NCBI GenBank assembly: GCA_021513715.1
Contig: CP084167.1
Coordinates: 1,312,001 to 1,376,000 of the forward strand
Direction of reading: 5' to 3'
From: Candidatus Heimdallarchaeum endolithica
Lineage (GTDB): Archaea; Asgardarchaeota; Heimdallarchaeia; Heimdallarchaeales; Heimdallarchaeaceae
DNA length: 64,000 nucleotides
Numbering within the stretch: position 1 is the first letter of the stretch; each line of letters starts with the position of its first letter. Shown here in pieces: positions 10,405 to 20,504 of the stretch. The notes beneath the pieces were generated by a model. The model made no database searches and was not told the DNA's origin. It saw only the letters and a program-made list of their open reading frames with translations. Both the position numbers and the translations under genes were made by a program.

Positions 10405-11388
10405 TTAGCGAATAGCTTCATAAGCTGGTATCCAATCAGATACTTCATCTAATTTTTTTAATTCATCTTGATCAAACTTGATTTCAAGGGCAACCAAATT
10501 AGACTCTAACTGTTCAACACTATTTACTCCAATGATTGGAGCAGTGATAAAGTCTTTTGTTAATATCCAAGCGAGTGCAACTTGAGCAACGGTTACCTCC
10601 TTATTTTCTGCTATTTCTTCCACTGTATCTAATACTTTAAGTCTATGTTCAGTAAAATATCTTTTTTTAACACTTTCACTTCTTGGGCTCTCAGGTAGGG
10701 GAGCGTTGCGAGAATACTTTCCAGATAAAAACCCACCTGCTAAAGGTGAATAGCTTATCACTCCTAAATTATATTTTTTTATAACATTATACATTTGATG
10801 TTCAACTAGCATACGACGTACAATACTATAGGGTGGTTGAACTGTTTCAAAACGCACATAACCATTTTTTTCACTAACCCAAAAAGACTCTACTAGCATC
10901 CAAGGATGTATATTTGATGCCCCAATATAATTTACTAAACCCTTTTCTACAAGTAAATTTAGAGCATGTAGCGTTTCTTCTATTTTAGTATCATTGTCAA
11001 AAGAGTGAATTTGATAAAGATCTATCCATTCTGTTTGTAAACGTTTTAAACTTCCATTTATTGCTTGCCAAATATGCCTTCTACTTAACCCTTGATCGTT
11101 AATATCTTTTGACATTGCTCCTCTAACTTTGGAAGCTAAAATAAGGTCTTCACGAACTGCTCTATCCTTTAGCCATTCGCCTATTATCTTTTCTGTTTTT
11201 CCTGGATAACTATTATCTGCCCAATATGAATATATATCTGCAGTATCAAAACAATTTATCCCAAGTTCAAGTGCTTTATCCATTATTGCAAAACTTTCTT
11301 CCTTTTCTACTCTCCACCCAAATTGCATCGTTCCAAGAACTAAAGGAGAAATTTTTATTCCTGTACTGCCTAATCTTTTATATTCCAT
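10405..11388 (-). CDS. Aldo/keto reductase
   Basis: LGTMQFG, FDTADIY, SLKRLQTEWIDLYQIH, YIGASN, YSPLAGG. Confidence 0.95.
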   Translation of the reverse strand: MEYKRLGSTGIKISPLVLGTMQFGWRVEKEESFAIMDKALELGINCFDTADIYSYWADNSYPGKTEKIIGEWLKDRAVREDLILASKVRGAMSKDINDQGLSRRHIWQAINGSLKRLQTEWIDLYQIHSFDNDTKIEETLHALNLLVEKGLVNYIGASNIHPWMLVESFWVSEKNGYVRFETVQPPYSIVRRMLVEHQMYNVIKKYNLGVISYSPLAGGFLSGKYSRNAPLPESPRSESVKKRYFTEHRLKVLDTVEEIAENKEVTVAQVALAWILTKDFITAPIIGVNSVEQLESNLVALEIKFDQDELKKLDEVSDWIPAYEAIR

Positions 11389-12401
11389 ATGTTAATCTTC
11401 TTTTTTTGAATAAAAACCTTATTGAATTGCAAAATTTTTTTATTCTTACTTTTAAATTTATTTTTAGGGAGAGCGTATTCTGCGCAATTTTAGTTGTTGA
11501 AGTATTTGTCCTAAACTTGAAGGAAATGCCTTTTGCTCTTTCATAAATAAGAATAGGAAACTAGAAACAAATCTCCCTAAGAATGAGATTCCTAATCCAA
11601 TAGTTAAAGCTAGTTCTATCCCATAACTTATTTTCAAATAATCGACCAGATAACCAGAAACTAATGAACCAAAAAACAAGAATAATCCTGTTATCATATT
11701 ATATATTCCAAAATATATTCCTCCTTCTCTTTCTGGAGCAATATCTAACAAATAAGCTTGTACACTAGGCATTCCTAAAGTTACTAGAGAAGAGACAATA
11801 AAATGGATAATATATAGTTGCCATACTGAACTAGCAAATATATACAACAATGGAAAAGTTGCCATTATTATTCGGCTAAAGAAAATCATCTTTGTTCTTC
11901 CAACATTATCACTGATTTTTGCCCCAATATTGATAAATAACAAAGTAGTAACAGAAAATAATATGTTTAATATTGCAATCTCTAAAGCACTAGCTTTAAG
12001 TATTATTACTTGCTTTATAGGGAAAAGAGGCCAAGCAAAAGACCAAAAGAAAGAATAGATCATTGAAAAGAAAACAAAGTTGCGGAAAGGTTTATTTTTA
12101 TAGGAAAGACTAAAGCTTTCTTTCAATTTCCTTGAAACAGGTTGGTCTTCTTTTTTAATTTTCTTCAAAGGTTCTTCAATTGCAATAAAAGGTAGGACAC
12201 CTATTGCAGACAATGCTATTCCCAAAACTACTGGAATAAGAATATATTTCTGATAATCTATATCTCCGAAAACTAAAGTTAAAACTATCCCTGTAAAGAA
12301 TGTAGCAATCATGCTACCAAAAGCGTTATACCAAAAAACTCTACTACTTAACTTCGCTCTAACTCTTGGGGGAAACAACTCATTTTGCAACACTCCCCAT
12401 G

Positions 12402-12776
12402 AGATACTTTTTTACGTAATAAACTAAATTTTTAGTTTGTGGAGTTATCAGACCAATAACAACCTGAAACACATTTGCAAAAATAAAGAATACATACACG
12501 ATATTAGGGAGTGTCACAACTTTTCAGCTATCTTTATATATTTAATTCTAATTTATCTAGTGTCTTGAGCTAGATGCTTAAAGACGTAGGTTTCACTCCT
12601 ACGACACCCGGTCTTCCCTTTGGGAGTTATGAGTGCCCGGGATAAGGAGATGAACCCCTTAGAGAACTTAATTAAGACTGTGTCTTTCATGTTCTCTTAA
12701 GCCAGTCTTCACAACTTTCGCTAAGTTTGTTGATTGGTTGGGGAGAGTCCTGAAGAAATTACGTAAAATTTCAACT
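12402..12776. mobile_element. Non-autonomous 375-bp element (CATR-element), copy 1
   Basis: CATG at both 12398-12401 and 12777-12780. Imperfect 19-bp TIR AGATACTTTTTTACGTAAT / AGTTGAAATTTTACGTAAT (14/19, perfect inner 11 bp). Homologous to 41208-41576. No transposase. Confidence 0.93.
12551..12776 (+). ncRNA. Putative structured RNA inside CATR-element copy 1 (boundaries approximate)
   Basis: Successive stems ATCTAG/CTAGAT, CGTAGG/CCTACG, CCCGG..TCCC/GGGA..CCGGG, GAGAAC..AAGAC/GTCTT..GTTCTC, AGCCAGTC/GATTGGTT. G-U pairs in the last stem favour the + strand. Only 4 differences from copy 2. Confidence 0.55.
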
Positions 12777-13257
12777 CATGAAGAGACACCCAAGCTTCCA
12801 AACAAATTCACTAAAGCCACAATTATGATAATTGATATAGGAGACTTAACCCAATATAAGAAAATATATGGTATCCCCCAAGATACTGTGCTTATTACAA
12901 TAAAAGGTATTCTCCTACGGAGTATGTCACTCATTCTACCAAATATGGGATTTAGAAAAGTTAACAACAAATTTGCTATACTTTGCAACCACCCTAGATC
13001 ACTCCCACTTGCATTCATATTTCTTATAGCGATCATTGACACAAATGGTCCCACAAGCCCTTGCGAAACACTTATAGCTATAGAACGAGAGTAAAGAGCA
13101 AGTTTCTCCTTTTGTCCAATTGTCCCATTCTCATCTAAAATTTCATTTTCTTCTTCTGTGATATCTTCGTTGCCAGATAAAGTTCTCTCGTTCATAGTTT
13201 TCTAATAACGAAAAAAAAAACCAATCATAAATATTATTATTGGACTCTAATTATTTT

Positions 13258-14202
13258 TTAGATACTTGTTGAAGATATGAGAGATTTTAATTCTTTATCT
13301 TTTTCTACCTTAGAAAGCCGTTCTAAGGTAAATTTAGCATCCATATTATCTACTTTTTTTAATGCCAAGATTATTTTTTTTCTAAGTGTCTTATTATGTT
13401 CTTTGAATAGATGCTTACTCAGTCCATATAATACCTCTGAGTCATATACCTTCGTCAATAAAGCATCTATTACAAGCGATCTCATTTCATTGGACAAATT
13501 TGATTTAAGTAGTCTAAGAAAAGCATATTCTACATCTTCATTTTCTATGCAAGATGACAATGCATTAATTATCCACATTTTTATTTGTTTTGAGTTCTCT
13601 GCATATATTAAATGCCTTATAAGAGCTGCTTGAATAGTTTTGTCCTGAATATCGCCCTTTAGAGCCCAAACAACCCATTTTCTAACTTCTTTAGAGCTAT
13701 CTGTTAGTTTTTCTAGAATCAACTCTTTAACGTATCTACTTTGTATTTTATCTGCTAAAATAGATACAGCTTTTGCTCTACAAATATGATATGGGTCTTT
13801 TCTTGCTATTTCAACTAAAGTTTGAATAACTTCATCATGATCTATGTATTCTGAAAGTTTATCAATAGAGGAGAGACGATCGCTCTTTTTTCCATCTCTC
13901 GCTCTTTTAAGGATATTGATTAAGAAGAAGGAGTCATAAGCTTCTTTTTTCGTTTTTATTTTTTCTTCAATAATTTGTTTTTCTTGAGTTTCATTATCTA
14001 ATACTAGCTTATCTTGCTCAAAAACAGTTTCAGAGGGCAGGGTAGTACTTTCTTCTTCAGCTCTATTTTCCAAGTCAGCTACTTCTTGAACTGAAAACTG
14101 ATCATCATTAGATTCTTTTTCAGTTGAAAGAATTTTTTTTTCAATTTCACGTACTCTCTTAAAGTATTCTCTATCGAGTTCCTCCCTTGATTTCCAACTC
14201 AT
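13258..14202 (-). CDS. HEAT-repeat protein with acidic N-terminal region
   Basis: CRAKAVSIL and VRKWVVWAL-type HEAT motifs. Confidence 0.75.
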   Translation of the reverse strand: MSWKSREELDREYFKRVREIEKKILSTEKESNDDQFSVQEVADLENRAEEESTTLPSETVFEQDKLVLDNETQEKQIIEEKIKTKKEAYDSFFLINILKRARDGKKSDRLSSIDKLSEYIDHDEVIQTLVEIARKDPYHICRAKAVSILADKIQSRYVKELILEKLTDSSKEVRKWVVWALKGDIQDKTIQAALIRHLIYAENSKQIKMWIINALSSCIENEDVEYAFLRLLKSNLSNEMRSLVIDALLTKVYDSEVLYGLSKHLFKEHNKTLRKKIILALKKVDNMDAKFTLERLSKVEKDKELKSLISSTSI

Positions 14203-14287
14203 ACTTAGTATTTGGTTAAAGTCATTAAAAAATCTATCATTTCATTCTCATTTATTAAGAAATAAAAAAAGTTAATTTCCATATAAA

Positions 14288-14656
14288 TTAATGATTTGTA
14301 AAATTTTGCACATTACAAATTAAATTTATTTGTTCAACAAGTTTTGACATTTTAATAGGTTTTTCAATTATTCCTTTCAACCCTGCATTAAGAAACTCTT
14401 TAGCTTTTGTTGTTGCATAAGCTGTAAAACCAATGATACAAGTATCAGGCTCCATTTCTGAAATTCTTTTAGTTGCCTCAATTCCATCCATTTCTGGCAT
14501 TTTTAAATCCATCAAAACCACTTTAGGTCTATGTTGGATAAATTTAGTTACGCCTTCTAGTCCATCTTTTGCTGTAATAACTTTATATTTATCTTTTAAA
14601 ATCACAGAGAGAATCTCCCTTAAATCTTCATTGTCATCGCAAATTAGAATACTCAT
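14288..14656 (-). CDS. Single-domain response regulator
   Basis: ICDDN, LMDLKMPEMDG, FTA, KP. Confidence 0.93.
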   Translation of the reverse strand: MSILICDDNEDLREILSVILKDKYKVITAKDGLEGVTKFIQHRPKVVLMDLKMPEMDGIEATKRISEMEPDTCIIGFTAYATTKAKEFLNAGLKGIIEKPIKMSKLVEQINLICNVQNFTNH

Positions 14657-14886
14657 TAAATCCAGCTCTAAAATTTGTTTGTTATTTCAATTAAAAATAT
14701 TTTCTAACTCTAAAAATGAAATGATAAAAATGACATTTTCAAAAAAAGAAATTTTATTCATTATTAACAATACTCTCACTTTATTGAATAGGTTCAATAA
14801 CTTACTTTTATTTTTAAGTTCAATAGGAGAGGATATTAATTCATAAAGATGAGGAAATTGCAAAGATAGAAAATTGTCTTCCTGAG

Positions 14887-15984
14887 GTGAAATTAAAGGA
14901 TGGTCAACCTCTATTTTCTTTCAGAAAAACGATCTCAATTGAAAAGCAATTAAACCAACTAAATGTTCCTGGTCTTTCTTTTTCTATACTAAAAAACTTT
15001 GAAATAATATATACTAAATACTTTGGAGTAAAAGATCTAATATCAAAGAAGAAAGTCGATAATCATACTCTATTCGAAGCTGGATCAACATCAAAACTAG
15101 CCACTGCTGTTGTAACTCTCAAGTTAGTAGAAAAAGGCAAATTAAAATTGGACAAAAATGTTGACAACTACTTAAAAGATTGGAAAATACCTTTTTCAGA
15201 AAAAATAAATAAAAAGGAAATTACATTAAAACAATTACTAACTCACACTTCAGGAATAAATAGACCAGATTCAATGTTTAATGTAGAAGAAGGCAAAAAA
15301 CCTACAATTTTACAAGTCTTAAAAGGAGAACCTCCTGCAATAAATGATCCTGTGAAAGTAGAGTTTACTCCAGGTACCAACCACAAATATTCTAATTTTG
15401 CATATATTATAATTGAAAAAATAATCGAAGATGTATCAGAAACAACATTACCAGATTTAGCCAAGGAATTAATATTTACTCCATTAAAAATGGAAGACAG
15501 TTTCTTTGGTTATCCTACAAATGAAATAAAACAGAGGATTATTTTACCACATAATGAGAAAGGAGAACCAAAGAGAATAGGTCTGCATCCGACTGTTTTT
15601 GGACATGGAGGGTTAATAACAACAACTAATGATTTAGCAAAATTTATGCTAGAATTAATGAATAGCTATAGAGGTTCGTCAGACAAACTATTAAGCCAGT
15701 CAATGATTAAAGAAATGATGTCACCAACTATAAAACTTGATCCATCAAAATACTTCGGTTTCACAGGACAAGGATTAGGGGTATTTCTGATGGAAACAGA
15801 CAAAGAACTGTTTTTTGTCCACCCAGGAACAAATCACCCAGGAGCTGTTTGTATGTTTATTGGAAATCCCACATCAGGGGAAGGATTTATTGCTATGTCA
15901 AATGGAATTCAGGGAGAAATTCTTCACCTACAAATGCTTTTTGCAATAGCAAAAGAATTTAATTGGCCAATATTTAGAATTTAG
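14887..15984 (+). CDS. Serine hydrolase, beta-lactamase/AmpC-like family
   Basis: SxxK (STSK), LLTHTSG, YSN, HPG. Confidence 0.9.
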   Translation: MKLKDGQPLFSFRKTISIEKQLNQLNVPGLSFSILKNFEIIYTKYFGVKDLISKKKVDNHTLFEAGSTSKLATAVVTLKLVEKGKLKLDKNVDNYLKDWKIPFSEKINKKEITLKQLLTHTSGINRPDSMFNVEEGKKPTILQVLKGEPPAINDPVKVEFTPGTNHKYSNFAYIIIEKIIEDVSETTLPDLAKELIFTPLKMEDSFFGYPTNEIKQRIILPHNEKGEPKRIGLHPTVFGHGGLITTTNDLAKFMLELMNSYRGSSDKLLSQSMIKEMMSPTIKLDPSKYFGFTGQGLGVFLMETDKELFFVHPGTNHPGAVCMFIGNPTSGEGFIAMSNGIQGEILHLQMLFAIAKEFNWPIFRI

Positions 15985-16166
15985 ATCTCTTCTAAAATTA
16001 ATCTATTTCTATTTTTCTATTAATAGATTTAAGTTTCTCTTAAGATTTATAAATGTTCAAAATTCTGTTTTCACATTAGTTAATCCTATTTTACAGTGAA
16101 TAATAGATAAACAACAAAAAATTAAAAGTAATGAAATTGATTTATTCAAGCAAAAAGGGGAACTAA

Positions 16167-16706
16167 ATGTACAAAGGAGAAAAGGTTGTTTTAAGAGCAC
16201 TTGAAATTTCAGATTTGGACGAGATAATGAAATACTGGAATAATATTGATTTAAGAAGAGAATTGGGAGAAGTTATTCCCCATTCAAAAGATCAGCAAAA
16301 AGAGTGGATAGAAAAATGTTGGAAGGAAGCGGAGGAGGGAAAAACATATACTTTTGCGATAGTAGAAAAAGAATCTGGTAAATTTCTAGGAATATGTAGT
16401 TTAAATAATGTTCGACATATAAATCGTTCTGCCAAGGTTAGCATCGCAATTTATGACAAAAACCAACGAGGGAAAGGTTTTGGCACAGATGCAATGAAGA
16501 TTCTACTGAAAATAGGTTTTGATTTCTTAAACTTACATAGAATCGCCCTAAATGTTTTTGAAACAAACAAAGCTGCTATTAGAGTGTATGAAAAAGTCGG
16601 TTTTAAAAAAGTAGGTCTTCACAGAGAAACAGATTTTGTAGACGGGAGATATGTTAACGACGTTGCAATGGACATTTTGGAAAATGAATGGAGAGAGAAA
16701 AAATAA
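16167..16706 (+). CDS. GNAT acetyltransferase, RimJ/RimL family
   Basis: RGKGFGT, LNLHRI, AIRVYEKVGF. Confidence 0.92.
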   Translation: MYKGEKVVLRALEISDLDEIMKYWNNIDLRRELGEVIPHSKDQQKEWIEKCWKEAEEGKTYTFAIVEKESGKFLGICSLNNVRHINRSAKVSIAIYDKNQRGKGFGTDAMKILLKIGFDFLNLHRIALNVFETNKAAIRVYEKVGFKKVGLHRETDFVDGRYVNDVAMDILENEWREKK

Positions 16707-16966
16707 TTTTTTCCTATCTTTACCTGCAGATATTTTCATACAGCTTTTTGCTTTACATATTTAAAACAAAATGAATATTAATCAGTCTTTTTCCATTCGA
16801 AATGAAGGTGGTTTTTTATCATATGTTCCACCTTATTAGATGAGTGCAAGCTTTAGCTGAAAGGTTTAAAACTGAACGAGCAGTCTTTAAGGAGGAATTT
16901 TTGAAAGGGGAGTTCAATAAATATTTCAAAAGATTTATCATAGCTTAGAAAATATACAGTTTACCG

Positions 16967-17620
16967 ATGTCATATACTATTTTCTGTGATTTTGATGGTA
17001 CAATAACGCTTACAGATCTAGGAAAAGCTCTATTAACGAAGTTTAGTAAAGAAGATTGGCAAAAATATGACAAATTAGTACTAAATGGGAAAATAGGAAC
17101 CCGTGAAGCCCTTATCAAACAATGGGATACAGTTAAGGCAAGTAAGGAAGAAATATTAGCTGTTGTTGATCAAATAGAAATAGACCCCTCATTCCAATCT
17201 TTTTTTAATTGGGTTAACAATTGTGATATCCATTTTATTGTTGTTTCTGATGGTTTTCAAGAATTCATTGAAGAAATATTCAAGAAAGAAAAAATAGAAA
17301 GTAGTTTAATAGATATTAGAGCAAACAGTATGAAAATTATAGATAACAAGTTAACTCTCAGCTTCTTAACTGATGAGTGTGAGCATGGATGCGCCAATTG
17401 TAAATATTCACATGTTTTAGAATATAAGAAAAAAGGGAATAAAATTATCTATATCGGAGATGGATTATCAGACATTTTACCTGCTAGAGAACTTGCAGAC
17501 GTCATTTTTGCTAAGGAAAGAGAAGATTTAGCTGAAAAATTGAAAGGTGACCCTAGAGTCATAGAATTTTCAAATTTTTCTGAAATTCAAGCAATACTAA
17601 ATGAAAAATTTATTAATTAA
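16967..17620 (+). CDS. HAD-IB phosphatase, MtnX-like
   Basis: DFDGT, VSDG, C..GC..CK, GDGLSD, FAK. Confidence 0.88.
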   Translation: MSYTIFCDFDGTITLTDLGKALLTKFSKEDWQKYDKLVLNGKIGTREALIKQWDTVKASKEEILAVVDQIEIDPSFQSFFNWVNNCDIHFIVVSDGFQEFIEEIFKKEKIESSLIDIRANSMKIIDNKLTLSFLTDECEHGCANCKYSHVLEYKKKGNKIIYIGDGLSDILPARELADVIFAKEREDLAEKLKGDPRVIEFSNFSEIQAILNEKFIN

Positions 17621-18092
17621 AATATTTTTTATAGGTCGCTCTGTGGTAGTTAATATTATTTGCAAAGGATATGACTAGATCCTCTTGCTCTAGAGTTTCT
17701 ATTGAAGGGTTTCTTATATGTCTAACATAGTCAATTGCCTTTACTCCACTAAGATTTTTAAACCAAACTAAGTATAAAGCCAACATTGTTCCTGTTCTTC
17801 CAATACCAGCATAGCAATGTACTAAAACAGGATTTTCAGGCAAGTTTTCTTCTATAAAATTCAAAAAAGAATAAATATCTTTATCATGAGGAACACTAAA
17901 ATCAACAATTGGCAGATGAAGATGCTTAATTTTAAGTTGTTTAATTCTATCCATAAATTGTGGTTTCGAAGCTGTAAGCGTAACTATAGCCCTTATTCCT
18001 TGTTCATAATAGAAATCGATATCACTTTTTAAGTGAGGAAATGCCGAGCCAGCAATTTCATTTTCTATCAACCAACTGAAATTTACTACCAT
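17613..18092 (-). CDS. Dual-specificity/PTP-fold protein phosphatase
   Basis: HCYAGIGRT P-loop, DFSVP acid loop, IETLEQ. Confidence 0.92.
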   Translation of the reverse strand: MVVNFSWLIENEIAGSAFPHLKSDIDFYYEQGIRAIVTLTASKPQFMDRIKQLKIKHLHLPIVDFSVPHDKDIYSFLNFIEENLPENPVLVHCYAGIGRTGTMLALYLVWFKNLSGVKAIDYVRHIRNPSIETLEQEDLVISFANNINYHRATYKKYFN

Positions 18093-18103
18093 TTTCTTTC
18101 TCC

Positions 18104-18727
18104 TCAGATAATACCTCTTTTTTCTATTCTTCCTAAGGTGTCTTTTTCACCATGTCCTGGATAAACTAGGGTATTTTTTGGTAGAGAATATAGCTTCTTT
18201 ATAGATTGAACTAGCTTTTCATAATTTCCCCCGTACAAATCTGTTCTTCCTATTCCTTCTTTAAATATTACATCTCCAGAGAATAGGATTTGTGATTCTG
18301 GAAAATAAAAGCAAATACTGGCTTTTGTATGACCTGGAGACAATATCAGTTTAAACTCTTCATCTCCTAAATAATATGTTTCTTTATCCTTTAGACATAT
18401 ATCTGGTTCAAGGAAAGAATTTATATCGAAACCAAACATTCTTGCAAAAGGTCCAGAGTGATTTATTGTATCTAATTCTTCTTTGTGGATGCCAATTTTA
18501 GCTTTTGGGAATTCTTTTCTTATGTTCTCGATTCCCATCACATGGTCAAAATGGCCATGAGTAAAAAAGATATATTTAACTTTCAACTCTATTTTTTCAA
18601 TCACTTTTATTAATGAGGTTACATCATCAGCGACATCTAACAGCATTGCTTCCTTACTTTTACTATCATAGATTAAAAAACTGTTAGTATGCAAGGGCCC
18701 AGCTACTTCTCGAATTACTTTTACCAT
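18104..18727 (-). CDS. Metallo-beta-lactamase fold hydrolase (glyoxalase II-like)
   Basis: THGHFDH, PGHT, SGD, GRTD, YPGHG. Confidence 0.92.
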   Translation of the reverse strand: MVKVIREVAGPLHTNSFLIYDSKSKEAMLLDVADDVTSLIKVIEKIELKVKYIFFTHGHFDHVMGIENIRKEFPKAKIGIHKEELDTINHSGPFARMFGFDINSFLEPDICLKDKETYYLGDEEFKLILSPGHTKASICFYFPESQILFSGDVIFKEGIGRTDLYGGNYEKLVQSIKKLYSLPKNTLVYPGHGEKDTLGRIEKRGII

Positions 18728-18812
18728 AAGTATCGAATCTTCTTTTTTTTTTAAATGTTGTGAGTTTTTTTTGGAATCATTTAATAACTAGTATTTTACA
18801 AAGGAACTAAAG

Positions 18813-19970
18813 TTGGTAAAAATGAAAGCAGTTATAACTGGAAAATATGCTGATGGTAAGGATTTTGTAAAGAAAATAGGAAATAACAAACGAACAATTA
18901 ACTTATCAAATAAAAATATAAAAAGTATTGATCTTTCGAATCTTGCCTTATGCGGAAACATAGAGGTTATTGACCTTTCAGCTAATCAATTAGAAGAGAT
19001 AAACCTTACACCTATTGTAAACACTGAACTAGAAACAGTAATCCTTTCAGAAAACAATCTTAAGTCCATTGATTTATCTCCTCTAGCTCAATGTTCTAAT
19101 TTAGAAGAACTAATTTTAGCAGGAAATGAATTTGAAGAAATAGACCTTAGCCCTTTAAGTCATTGTACAAAATTAGAAGAATTAAGTTTATTTGTAAATA
19201 AAATTAGTAAGATAGATTTAACTCCTCTTTCTCAGTGTAAAGAACTTGAAGCATTAATTTTAGCAGGAAATGCAATAGAAGAAATAGATCTTGGTCCATT
19301 GAGTAAGTGTGAAGAACTAGAAGAATTGGACTTGGAATCAAATAAAATTAAGGAGATTGACTTATCACCTCTTGAAAAATGTCAAGAATTAAAAGTATTA
19401 AAATTAGGAATCAATGAATTAGAAAAAATAGATTTAAGCCCACTAAAAGAAAATAGAGAATTATTATTTTTAGACTTAGGTCAAAATAAACTAAAAAATA
19501 TTGATCTTGTTCCTCTTGAGACATGTATTAACTTAAAATGGCTTGATCTTGGACCTAACCTTATCGAAAATATAGATTTAACTCCTTTGAGTAAAACAGA
19601 AAACTTGCTAGAACTTGACTTAGGACCCAATAAATTAACAAAAATAGATTTAACTCCACTTTCAAATTTAAAAAAACTAGAATACATTGATCTTTCATCT
19701 AACCTCCTAAAAGAAATTGATTTAACTCCCTTATCTTCGTGTTCAAGTTTGCAAGAATTAAACTTGGGCGCTAATTTATTACAAAATGTTGACATTTATC
19801 CATTAACTTTCTGCAGATATATTGAAAGAGTAAGCTTAGACGATAAATACGAGTTACTATTTAACGGAGAAAAACTTGAAAATACAGATAATTTACCTAG
19901 AAAGCTGAAAAAAGCACTTATAAGATGGGAAATCAATGAACAACGAAAGGGAAAATTAAAAGCAGACTAA
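18813..19970 (+). CDS. Leucine-rich repeat protein (22-aa repeats)
   Basis: About 14 repeats of consensus LxxLxLxxNxLxxIDLxPLxxC. Confidence 0.95.
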   Translation: MVKMKAVITGKYADGKDFVKKIGNNKRTINLSNKNIKSIDLSNLALCGNIEVIDLSANQLEEINLTPIVNTELETVILSENNLKSIDLSPLAQCSNLEELILAGNEFEEIDLSPLSHCTKLEELSLFVNKISKIDLTPLSQCKELEALILAGNAIEEIDLGPLSKCEELEELDLESNKIKEIDLSPLEKCQELKVLKLGINELEKIDLSPLKENRELLFLDLGQNKLKNIDLVPLETCINLKWLDLGPNLIENIDLTPLSKTENLLELDLGPNKLTKIDLTPLSNLKKLEYIDLSSNLLKEIDLTPLSSCSSLQELNLGANLLQNVDIYPLTFCRYIERVSLDDKYELLFNGEKLENTDNLPRKLKKALIRWEINEQRKGKLKAD

Positions 19971-20038
19971 AAGAACAAAGATTAAAGTTGTCTACTAATT
20001 AGTTGTGACTTTAAAAACTCTCATCAATAACTAATAAT

Positions 20039-20428
20039 ATGGAAAATTGTCATTTTTCCCCCTTTTTCATTGATTATTGTTCAGAATTAAAGAAAATAAT
20101 TCAATTTTTACATGATGAAGGATTTACAAGCATAGAAACGGATAATTTTGCAATTAAAGTAAAAAAACAAATAATTGATAGAAAAAATGATGATTGGAGA
20201 ACAGTCATCAAAGAATTCTTATCAGAAAATAAAAGATATTCAAGCAAAATATATGTACTTATTAAAAGTATTAACAAAGAATTTTGTTTAGAGAACTTGC
20301 GAAATAAACATCTTATGAAGCTGTATATGGAAATAATGGAAACTCTGGATAATAATGAGAACTACAAAATAGAGATTGGGAAGAACAACAATGTTTTACT
20401 CTACTCAATTGAGAAAAAAAACAAATAA
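20039..20428 (+). CDS. Hypothetical protein
   Basis: 129-aa ORF filling the gap between genes; no motif recognised. Confidence 0.5.
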   Translation: MENCHFSPFFIDYCSELKKIIQFLHDEGFTSIETDNFAIKVKKQIIDRKNDDWRTVIKEFLSENKRYSSKIYVLIKSINKEFCLENLRNKHLMKLYMEIMETLDNNENYKIEIGKNNNVLLYSIEKKNK

Positions 20429-20504
20429 GGTTAGCTAAAAAAATAATTTTGACAAAGTGTAATTGATTAGATATATATAGTTATAATATCCAATAATGTA
20501 AAAG

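Larger units (their letters stand above)
11464..13195 (-). pseudogene. MFS transporter interrupted by the CATR-element
   Basis: ORFs 12776-13195 and 11464-12393 join in frame (...GSLGVSS-WGVLQNELFPP...) into one 450-aa MFS when the element plus one CATG (379 bp) is removed. Confidence 0.92.

Noticed and set aside
12380-12517. Small hydrophobic minus-strand ORF in the variable part of the CATR-element (VTLPNIVYVFFIFANVFQVVIGLITPQ...)
   Set aside because: Some differences look synonymous, but indels break the frame in copy 2. At most a decayed coding remnant.
12533-12540. TTTATATA (TTTATACA in copy 2) as promoter of the element RNA
   Set aside because: Position is plausible, but there is no clear BRE and the box reads equally well on the opposite strand.
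12402-12776. CATR-element as a group I/II intron or a classical IS200/IS605 derivative
   Set aside because: No recognisable intron core or GUGYG/AY ends; the predicted RNA is antisense to host genes; IS200/IS605 elements make no target duplication and lack TIRs.
16740-16960. Intergenic region with a GGTGG/CCACC hairpin and GATGA..CTGA..CTGA, as a C/D box sRNA or degraded gene
   Set aside because: Box C and C' are poor and no target can be verified.
18900-19810. 66-bp periodic DNA repeats
   Set aside because: Explained by LRR coding repeats; not CRISPR.
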